A DNA stretch of 32,000 nucleotides, taken from contig DATKYM010000100.1 of the NCBI GenBank assembly GCA_035528495.1, positions 6,724-38,723 on the forward strand. The letters are read 5' to 3'. Every line of letters starts with the position of its first letter. Positions within the stretch are counted from its first letter, which is position 1. The DNA comes from Nitrosopumilaceae archaeon (GTDB lineage Archaea; Thermoproteota; Nitrososphaeria; Nitrososphaerales; Nitrosopumilaceae). Below, piece by piece: positions 25,791 through 32,000 of the stretch. The translations under genes were made by a program, and so were the position numbers. Below the pieces are notes generated by a model. That model worked only from the letters and a program-made list of their open reading frames with translations. It was not told the DNA's origin and ran no database searches.

Positions 25791-25818
25791 CTTGTCTTTT
25801 CAGACAAGATTTTTTTTT
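25791..25818 (+). terminator. Hairpin plus T9 tract (terminator-like, plus-strand orientation)
   Basis: CTTGTCT-tttc-AGACAAG forms a perfect 7-bp stem (25791-25797 with 25802-25808). Nine T residues follow (25810-25818). Confidence 0.35.
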
Positions 25819-26194
25819 AAATTTGAATTATAGACCCATATCTTTGAATTAAATCATCATAAGCTTTTTTTCTGGCAAGTTTAAGATTTTTGTGTTCATC
25901 ATACATTTTGGTAAAAAATGCTGCAAAAACACGCTCACCATCTAAATCAAAAAATCTCACACTAAAACTAGTACGGTCAAGTTTTTCTTCTTGGATAAAT
26001 TCAATTGTTTTTATCATTTCAGAGTTAAGATGTATGTGAGCTGGATCATCATTATTCCCAATCGTTATCCACTTTTCTCGTTTTTTAATAGTCAAAGAAT
26101 TACTTTTGATTTCACTTGTGGCAGATGTGTTTTTTATTATCAATAAAACATCATCAATTTTTATTACATCAGATAATATTTCGAATAACAACAA
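25817..26194 (-). CDS. Hypothetical protein with a weak ChuX/HutX-like impression
   Basis: 125-aa ORF. The C-terminal half (AHIHLNSEMIKTIEFIQEEKLDRTSFSVRFFDLDGERVFAAFF) resembles by eye the H-I..I..I..(T)S..FF..G...F pattern of ChuX/HutX-type proteins. Not verified. Confidence 0.55.
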   Translation of the reverse strand: MLLFEILSDVIKIDDVLLIIKNTSATSEIKSNSLTIKKREKWITIGNNDDPAHIHLNSEMIKTIEFIQEEKLDRTSFSVRFFDLDGERVFAAFFTKMYDEHKNLKLARKKAYDDLIQRYGSIIQI

Positions 26195-26217
26195 TTCAAT
26201 TAAAATGTAAAATTATT

Positions 26218-26544
26218 TCAATTTTTATTATTTTTCATGTCTATTTGAATGAAATCATCTTGATTTCCACGAATACAATCAGTTCCAACTGCTTTTAATG
26301 GTGAAAAACCTATTTTTCCCGAGGGGATTTTTCTGTCGCTTTGAAGAATTTGAATTTTTTCCGAAACAACTTGTTTGTGTTTCTGGCACGTAACTCCAAC
26401 CATATATTCATCTGCGCCAACTGTTACAGAAACGATGAATTCTGGCGGATTAACACAAGGCTTTCCCTGTTCTGTTATGGAGCACTTATCAGGGAACATG
26501 TCAATTATTGGTTTTTTATAAGATATTAAGATTGATTGTGGCAT
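26218..26544 (-). CDS. Hypothetical protein (4 Cys)
   Basis: 108-aa ORF with an ATG start, lying 23 nt upstream of the 125-aa ORF on the same strand. No family recognised. Confidence 0.55.
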   Translation of the reverse strand: MPQSILISYKKPIIDMFPDKCSITEQGKPCVNPPEFIVSVTVGADEYMVGVTCQKHKQVVSEKIQILQSDRKIPSGKIGFSPLKAVGTDCIRGNQDDFIQIDMKNNKN

Positions 26545-26587
26545 ATTGGATTTAATATCAAGGAATATAAAAAAAGGTTGAAAATCG

Positions 26588-27898
26588 ATGACTCATAATT
26601 TTGATCTAGTAATTATTGGTGGAGGAATTTTGGGAACTTCTTTATCATTTTTTTTATCCCATCTCAATAAATCAAAACAAATTGCTGTAATAGAGCAGGC
26701 AAATAATGTAGCTTTTCATACCAGTGGTAGAAACACAGGAAAGGTTCACGCCCCATATCTATACAATCCAGAAAAGAAAAAGATGTTTGCAAAGGCAGCT
26801 TATCATGGCTATGATATGTGGAAAAAATATTCTGAAATCAAAGGTTTACCCTTCAAAGAAGATGGAGTTCTAGAGGTATCTCGAGATAAAAAAGGAACTA
26901 AGATTTTAGAAAAATATCTAAAATGGGGAAAAGAAAATGGGCTAAAAGAGAATGAAATTAACTTACTAAGTAAATCAGAATTAAAGAAAATAGAACCTGA
27001 AATCAAATGTGAGGCAGCTCTTCAGGTTCACAAAGATGCATCCACGGATTATTCAATATTGACAAAATCGTTAATGAAAGACAGCAAAGAAAAAGGAATG
27101 AAATTCCTTTTAGATACCAAAGTTACTGATATTAAAAACAAAGATGGAAAATGGAAAATTATTTTAAATCATGAACATGAAATTTTTTCAGACTTTATTA
27201 TCAATGCAGCAGGTGGGGAATCCATCGATATTGCGCACATGGTAAATGTAGCAAAGAATCTCACAGATGTTCATTTTAGAGGAGAATATTGGAAAGCCCC
27301 CAAAGAGTACAATAATTTAACTAAGACAAGCGTTTATTCTGTGCCAGAATTTCCAGATTATCCTTTTTTGGATCCTCATTGGATAATTAGAGTCGACGGA
27401 ACTTGTGAAATTGGACCAAATGCTGTTCCAGTGTTTAGTCCCTATGGTTACAAGAGATCAGAAAACATCAAAGAGTTTATTCCAAAAATGTTAGAAATGC
27501 TAGGATCAGGAGCTAGAAAAGCAATATTTGATAAACAGTTTCAAGAGCTTGCGCTGAATGAAATTCAATCATCAATGTCAAAATCAGCAATGATAGACAG
27601 AGTAAAAAGATTTCTTCCAAAGATTGATGCAGATAAAATTACAGAAAAAGGAACAGCTGGAATTAGATCTTCTGTAATTAACGAAAAGGGAAAGTTTGTA
27701 CCAGATGTAGTTTTGATAGATGATTCAATGTCCTTCCACATCTTGAATTATAATTCACCAGGCGCAACTGGAGCGTTGCCATTTTCTGCCCATATTATTA
27801 ATCAGCTAAACGAAAACGGATTATTTATGAATGAGAACGATGACAGTCAATGTGGACCTTGGAGATTCAGCGACATAGTTACAAAAATTTCCATATAA
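26588..27898 (+). CDS. lhgO: FAD-dependent oxidoreductase, L-2-hydroxyglutarate oxidase/dehydrogenase (LhgO)-like
   Basis: 436 aa. N-terminal FAD-binding fold FDLVIIGGGILGTS. Collinear family motifs HTSGRNTGKVHA, FRGEYW, IGPNAV, AGIRSS and NYNSPGATGA. Confidence 0.8.
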   Translation: MTHNFDLVIIGGGILGTSLSFFLSHLNKSKQIAVIEQANNVAFHTSGRNTGKVHAPYLYNPEKKKMFAKAAYHGYDMWKKYSEIKGLPFKEDGVLEVSRDKKGTKILEKYLKWGKENGLKENEINLLSKSELKKIEPEIKCEAALQVHKDASTDYSILTKSLMKDSKEKGMKFLLDTKVTDIKNKDGKWKIILNHEHEIFSDFIINAAGGESIDIAHMVNVAKNLTDVHFRGEYWKAPKEYNNLTKTSVYSVPEFPDYPFLDPHWIIRVDGTCEIGPNAVPVFSPYGYKRSENIKEFIPKMLEMLGSGARKAIFDKQFQELALNEIQSSMSKSAMIDRVKRFLPKIDADKITEKGTAGIRSSVINEKGKFVPDVVLIDDSMSFHILNYNSPGATGALPFSAHIINQLNENGLFMNENDDSQCGPWRFSDIVTKISI

Positions 27899-28357
27899 TT
27901 ATTGAATGATAAAAAAGCATTTTAAAAATAATGGAGGAAAAAGCGTTAAAACTAGAGGTTATCAATAAAAAATGATTTTCAGCTAACGAGGTAATTTTCT
28001 TTGAAAATTTTATTACATGGGTCAAAAAGCAAAAATTCAGAAAAAAAATGGCGCAATGTAAAAAATGTGATAGTGAAATGGAAAATCAAAGAAATGGGTT
28101 ATGTTCTTTGTCCTGCTATAATTTAGACCTATAAGAGTAGATAAATCCAATCGGAAAAACAAGTATATTTTCCAAGAAAAAAATCATCTAACCATTTTTT
28201 ATTTTTTCACCATATTTCAGTAGGGTTAATTTCAAATGACCAGAAACTTGGAGCAAAATGATTTGATATTTTCAAATATCAATGATTATTAAAAAAAGAA
28301 TAGGTTTCTTGAATAGAGTAGCAAAATATTAATCATGATTATATTTTGAGAATATAA

Positions 28358-29182
28358 TTGAATAGAATTTTCATATTACCTCTAGCTCTGATCTTGATTT
28401 TTGTGACGATTTATACCAATCAAGATGCCATTGCAAGTCCATTTTTTTCAAATGGTCAATTTACTGAAAATGGAATAGAATGGTGTCAAGAAAATATTCC
28501 CCTGTATGAAATTTTAGGAGATAAATTTTTTGAGCACCACAAACATTCCCTTGAATCAAGAGTGTGTGCAAGTCTATATCAGGATTATTTTTGGACTTAT
28601 AATGGTCCAGACCGAGTTGAAAAATTAATTGAGAGAAGTAGACATTATTCTCAGCTCGAAATCTTAGAAAGCTATGAAGAATCCGAAACTGGGATAATTG
28701 ACACCTTGCCAGCAGGAAATAAAGATCAAACATTACTCCGTGGATCAACAGAAGATGGAGAGATGACGGTTCAAATCATTTCAAGTTCGCCCATTGTAAA
28801 TCAATCCATTGAAATCAATCTATCATTTCTAGATAAAAATAATAAATTAATCCCAAATGTCAATTATGGAATAAAAATAAAACAACAGGGTCAAGAAATT
28901 TTGGAAAATAAAAATATCTTTTCCGAGAAGGGGTTATCTTCTTTGATTACTCGTCCATTAAATTCTGTGGAACCAGTAGTTATCGATATTTCGATTAACG
29001 GAGTTGGAACGTCCAAAAATCCAGAAGAATGGACAGGTTCCAGAGGAGAAATGATCTTTTTTACAATAATACCTGAATTTGGGGCAGTAGTCATAGCAGT
29101 ATTTACTCTAACTATCATGACAGTGATAATTCTCAATAGAACAAAAAAAGTTCCTTTTAATCTAAATTTTAATTTTGACTAA
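28358..29182 (+). CDS. Secreted/surface protein of unknown function with an N-terminal signal peptide and a PEFG-CTERM-type sorting signal
   Basis: 274 aa. Signal-like N-terminus MNRIFILPLALILIFVTIYTNQDAIA. The C-terminus has IIPEFG, then a hydrophobic helix AVVIAVFTLTIMTVIIL, then basic NRTKK. TTG start, with no in-frame ATG available. Confidence 0.75.
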   Translation: MNRIFILPLALILIFVTIYTNQDAIASPFFSNGQFTENGIEWCQENIPLYEILGDKFFEHHKHSLESRVCASLYQDYFWTYNGPDRVEKLIERSRHYSQLEILESYEESETGIIDTLPAGNKDQTLLRGSTEDGEMTVQIISSSPIVNQSIEINLSFLDKNNKLIPNVNYGIKIKQQGQEILENKNIFSEKGLSSLITRPLNSVEPVVIDISINGVGTSKNPEEWTGSRGEMIFFTIIPEFGAVVIAVFTLTIMTVIILNRTKKVPFNLNFNFD

Positions 29183-29199
29183 AATTAAATTTTGGAAAT

Positions 29200-29385
29200 T
29201 TATTCAGGACTAAATGCATCACAACCAGAAGTACAAGGTTTGTTCATTACACCATCACATTTTCCAATTGAGTCATGCATTATTCTATGATGTCCACAAA
29301 CACTGCATTTTTCCCTAAAGTGAGTAATCAAATTTTCCAAAGATATTTTAGATTCTACTATATCATTTTGTGTTTTTTGTGTCAA
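29200..29385 (-). CDS. Hypothetical small Cys/His-rich (zinc-finger-like) protein
   Basis: 61-aa ORF with a TTG start. Motif CSVCGHHRIMH..CDG..CTSGC. No overlap with other ORFs. Confidence 0.45.
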   Translation of the reverse strand: MTQKTQNDIVESKISLENLITHFREKCSVCGHHRIMHDSIGKCDGVMNKPCTSGCDAFSPE

Positions 29386-29416
29386 TAGAGATTTTTGGAT
29401 TTATCAAAACTTAAGG

Positions 29417-29683
29417 TTATTGTCTTCCCGATTCTATCTCATCGATTGTTCCACCTTGACCATACAAAACAGGCATCGTATAGCTTTTAGTGATTCCTTT
29501 ATGATTTCGTAATTTTGAAACTATCTGGTCTATACCATCTGGATCCTCACTACAAATTTTAAGAAAAATATCAAATTTTCCCCAAATCCCATTAACTTCA
29601 GTTACTTCTGATATCTTTTTTAATTCTGATATTAAATCTAATTCCACTCCAGCATTGCAATTAAGTAGAATGTATGCTTGCAT
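29417..29683 (-). CDS. Stand-alone Lrp/AsnC-type ligand-binding (RAM) domain protein
   Basis: 88 aa. MQAYILLNCNAG..ISEVTEVNGIWGKFDIFLKI.. fits the AsnC_trans_reg beta-alpha-beta-beta-alpha-beta pattern. There is no N-terminal HTH. Confidence 0.7.
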   Translation of the reverse strand: MQAYILLNCNAGVELDLISELKKISEVTEVNGIWGKFDIFLKICSEDPDGIDQIVSKLRNHKGITKSYTMPVLYGQGGTIDEIESGRQ

Positions 29684-29804
29684 GATCTAGGTCCTCTTTT
29701 AGATAAATAAACATTCTATGTTAAAAGGTATTTTCAAAAAAATTATTGTTAAATTTTTTGAAATTTTATATAAAACAACTATGGGTTGTAAGAATTAGTA
29801 AATT

Positions 29805-29823
29805 AAAAAAATGAAATTAAAAG
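29805..29823 (-). terminator. Oligo-T termination tract downstream of the tRNA
   Basis: Immediately after the discriminator base the minus strand reads CTTTTAATTTCATTTTTTT. Confidence 0.5.
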
Positions 29824-29921
29824 CGCCGGGAGGGAGATTTGAACTCCCGTTCCCTTGCGAGAACGCGCTTTATGGTTAATTATTTCCAGGCGCGCGCCCT
29901 ACCAGGCTAGGCGACCCCGGC
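29824..29921 (-). tRNA. tRNA-Ser (anticodon GGA) with a 14-nt intron at the canonical 37/38 position; CCA not encoded
   Basis: Manual fold of the minus strand gives these elements:
- acceptor stem GCCGGGG / UCCCGGC;
- D arm GCCU / GGGC;
- anticodon stem CGCGC / GCGCG;
- anticodon loop CUGGAA[intron]A;
- long variable arm UUCUC-GCAA-GGGAA;
- T arm GGGAG-UUCAAAU-CUCCC;
- discriminator G.
This is the only GC-rich island in the window. Confidence 0.9.
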
Positions 29922-29956
29922 ATTTGTCATTAGACAGAACTATTTGTCAAAAATTG

Positions 29957-29966
29957 AATATATATT
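29957..29966 (-). promoter_or_regulatory. TATA-box-like element upstream of tRNA-Ser
   Basis: An alternating AT run (AATATATATT) lies 36-45 nt upstream of tRNA position 1. This fits a short 5' leader. Confidence 0.4.
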
Positions 29967-29987
29967 GTGTTACCTGAGATTTAATGA

Positions 29988-30446
29988 CTATTTCCAAATA
30001 GTAATTGTAGTAGATTTTTCAATGTTGTTTTCTTCAGGGTCAAATCCTTTAGAATGAATTTTGTATAACCCTTCCAGTATAGGATCACCATCGTTTTTAA
30101 TTTGGTTCCAGTAAAATTCAATTTCTTCTTTTGGTACTAGGGAAGGTCTTTGGGAATTAACATCTTGAAAACCCTCAGGAGTATACAGTAACATTCCAGA
30201 TAATCCCGTTATCCGAAGTCCATAAGAAGAATCAGAAAAAGTTAATGGAACGGTTCCAGAATTTATAATAGATATTTTAATTTCTTCTCCTTTTTTAAAA
30301 TTAAATTTCTCAGTCACTATAGAGAGAGATACACCTTCCACAAATACAAGCTGGTTTGTATTTTTTACATCTATAAGATACACACCAAATACAAGACCCG
30401 CAATCAAACCCACAGCAGTAAATGCAATTAATGTTTTTGAAAACAA
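29988..30446 (-). CDS. Hypothetical N-terminally membrane-anchored protein
   Basis: 152-aa ORF with a TTG start. N-terminal TM helix LIAFTAVGLIAGLVFGVYLI, then a beta-rich soluble domain. Confidence 0.6.
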   Translation of the reverse strand: MFSKTLIAFTAVGLIAGLVFGVYLIDVKNTNQLVFVEGVSLSIVTEKFNFKKGEEIKISIINSGTVPLTFSDSSYGLRITGLSGMLLYTPEGFQDVNSQRPSLVPKEEIEFYWNQIKNDGDPILEGLYKIHSKGFDPEENNIEKSTTITIWK

Positions 30447-30472
30447 GTATTAATGATTTTTTTATTTAATTT

Positions 30473-31471
30473 TTATTCTTTTGGAGTGGGTTTTGTTCTC
30501 CATTTTCTAGGATAGGTCTCAGGAGCCATTATGATCCTCTTTGTTTCAAATGCATATCCTTTTGTGGCATCTTGGATTTCTTGTTCAGACATGGTAGACT
30601 CTGCCAAGGCTACTGCCTCGCCTTTTTGAGTGTAAACTGCTACAATGTCGCCCTTTTTGAGATTTGGACTAATCTGTAAAATTCCAGGAATGGCAAGTTG
30701 AGCTCCATGACACATTGCATCGACGGCAGAATCTCGAATAACAACGGATTTAATTTCACTTAAAGCATATTCAATAGGTTTTATTATTTTCATTAGTTTA
30801 CTGTCATCTTTTTTTTCTTCCCAAAGCCAAAAGGCATTTGCTAGTTCATGCAAGGTTACCAACCCATCAGATTCTCTAAATTGATCGACCCTAGTTCTCC
30901 GGAGCTCAATCATTGTGGCACCAGATCCCAAAAATTCACCAATATCATAATAGAGTTTTCGAATATAGGTTCCAGATTCACAGAGTATTCTCGTTAAAAG
31001 AAGTCGCTCCTTTTGCTCAAGCACTTCTAATTCATAGATGGTTCTTATTCTTGTTTGTCTAACTACTGCAGAACGTTGAGGAGGTTTTTGGAAAATAGGT
31101 CCAGTAAACAATTTGATTGTTTCTTCTAATTTTTCTTTGGAAGGAAGAGAATGGATTCTTCCTAGAGCATGGTATTCTTTTGGACCATAAAGTAAAACTC
31201 CCAGTGCTTTTGTTGCCTCTCCAAGACCGAGTGGAAGAACACCGGATACTTGAGGATCAAGTGTACCGCTATGGCCGATTTTTGGAATTTTGAGCAAACG
31301 TTTGGTCCAAGCTACGGTTTCGTGACTTGTTGGTCCTGGTGGCTTGTCTAAGATTATCAAACCATAATTAAGTAATTGTTCAATGTTTCGTTTATCATAG
31401 TAAGTTCCAAATGAATTATCTGTTATATCTTGATCAATTTCAACTAGATTTTCTAATTGTTTTAACGTCAA
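30473..31471 (-). CDS. cbf5: H/ACA RNP pseudouridine synthase Cbf5 (TruB family plus PUA domain)
   Basis: 332 aa. LDKPPGPTSHE and the catalytic GHSGTLDPQVSGVLP motif, plus a C-terminal PUA domain. The TTG start overlaps the cmk stop (TTGA). No in-frame ATG lies upstream of the conserved N-terminal motif. Confidence 0.92.
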   Translation of the reverse strand: MTLKQLENLVEIDQDITDNSFGTYYDKRNIEQLLNYGLIILDKPPGPTSHETVAWTKRLLKIPKIGHSGTLDPQVSGVLPLGLGEATKALGVLLYGPKEYHALGRIHSLPSKEKLEETIKLFTGPIFQKPPQRSAVVRQTRIRTIYELEVLEQKERLLLTRILCESGTYIRKLYYDIGEFLGSGATMIELRRTRVDQFRESDGLVTLHELANAFWLWEEKKDDSKLMKIIKPIEYALSEIKSVVIRDSAVDAMCHGAQLAIPGILQISPNLKKGDIVAVYTQKGEAVALAESTMSEQEIQDATKGYAFETKRIIMAPETYPRKWRTKPTPKE

Positions 31472-32000
31472 AGAAGTATCCTCACAGTTTCTTTTGATAC
31501 TTCAATTACTTGTTCTGCGCTAAGGTTGTCAGTGTTGATTATTTTATCAAAAACAGAAATATCCTCTCCAAAATTAAAGTCGTATAATTTTTTGTATAAC
31601 ATTTTGTTTTTATCATAACGTTCCTTTGTAACCTCAAATGCCTCCGTAGAGCTCATATTGTCACGAGTTTGCATTCTTTTCGAACTGCTATCATGTGACC
31701 CATCTAACCAAATTTTAATTCCGTCATCAACTAACCAAGGAAGTGTGTAACTAGTAATTACCATGCCTCCTTTTTTGAAGAGTTCAATTAGTTTTTCATC
31801 TACCTTTTTATCGAATTCAGAATTTGTTTCTCTTTGTTCGAGAAATTTCATTCCCTCTTCAGTATCCCACCAATCATCACCATCTACTTCAAAGCCTTGT
31901 TCCTTTGCCAGGTCCTTTAGAACATCACCACCACTAAGATAAGTTAAATTAAATTCATTTGCCAGTCCTTTGGCAACAGTTGTTTTCCCAACTGCAGGAG
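31468..32000 (-). CDS. cmk: Archaeal-type cytidylate kinase; its 5' end runs off the right edge of the window
   Basis: The track lists only 31468-31851. The frame stays open to the window edge and reads ..PAVGKTTVAKGLANEFNLTYLSGGDVLKDLAKEQG.. (P-loop). It sits at the conserved position just upstream of cbf5. Confidence 0.85.
   Translation of the reverse strand, partial: PAVGKTTVAKGLANEFNLTYLSGGDVLKDLAKEQGFEVDGDDWWDTEEGMKFLEQRETNSEFDKKVDEKLIELFKKGGMVITSYTLPWLVDDGIKIWLDGSHDSSSKRMQTRDNMSSTEAFEVTKERYDKNKMLYKKLYDFNFGEDISVFDKIINTDNLSAEQVIEVSKETVRILL

Noticed and set aside
20193-29136. Further nested track ORFs: 20193-20435, 24722-24952, 25440-25670, 26116-26298, 26341-26529, 26809-27006, 28461-28748 and 28891-29136.
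   Set aside because: The reasoning is the same. They overlap better-supported genes on the opposite strand or in another frame, and they carry no recognisable motifs.
29684-29987. tRNA-Ser as an integration hotspot or boundary of a mobile element.
   Set aside because: I could find no duplicate of the tRNA 3' half (att-like direct repeat) anywhere in the window. No integrase, transposase or viral genes are nearby. The flanking genes look like ordinary lineage genes.
1-32000. CRISPR arrays, long direct or inverted repeats, IS elements and rRNA genes.
   Set aside because: Reading through the window I saw no regularly spaced repeat series, no cas genes, no transposase-like ORFs and no rRNA-like GC-rich stretches. 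The only GC-rich island is the tRNA.

Overview
The window is visibly AT-rich and very gene-dense, and almost every gene is archaeal core machinery. The gene content points to a marine ammonia-oxidising thaumarchaeon (Nitrosopumilus-like): archaeal exosome, Cbf5, KEOPS Pcc1, CofE for F420, a Sulfolobus-type two-subunit 2-oxoacid:ferredoxin oxidoreductase (OFOR), a PEFG-type C-terminal sorting signal, and an intron-bearing tRNA. This organism call is an inference; no database search was possible.

Layout, left to right:
- 1-1862: truncated processive GT2 polysaccharide synthase.
- 1917-4057: a minus-strand string of rhodanese, a small ORF and a ferredoxin fusion.
- 4152-5463: NAD kinase and Nob1.
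- 5422-6180: a second rhodanese.
- 6215-11498: the minus-strand exosome superoperon (SBDS, Rrp4, Rrp41, Rrp42, L37ae, Pcc1, a PD-(D/E)XK nuclease, prefoldin beta, XPF).
- 11588-14254: the divergent rpoD-L18e-L13-S9 operon with a sugar nucleotidyltransferase attached.
- 14232-17994: two different aconitase-family dehydratase pairs in one four-gene string.
- 18684-19451: CofE.
- 19505-21481: four unassignable ORFs.
- 21529-24391: OFOR beta and alpha.
- 24639-27898: a 2-hydroxyacid dehydrogenase, two hypothetical ORFs and an LhgO-like flavoenzyme.
- 28358-29182: a PEFG-CTERM secreted protein.
- 29824-29921: tRNA-Ser(GGA) with a canonical-position intron.
- 30473-32000: Cbf5 and a truncated archaeal cytidylate kinase.

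I see no CRISPR array, transposase, integrase, long repeat or recognisable defence island. I cannot point to one clear-cut new system. The best novelty candidates are:
- a 7Fe ferredoxin module fused to an unrecognised Cys-free domain, next to a rhodanese;
- a 47-aa, 8-cysteine micro-ORF missing from the ORF track, just upstream of the OFOR genes;
- a stand-alone RecB/Cas4-like nuclease inserted into the exosome superoperon;
- the paired dehydratase operon;
- the block of four unknown ORFs.

All functional calls rest on motif and family recognition by eye.
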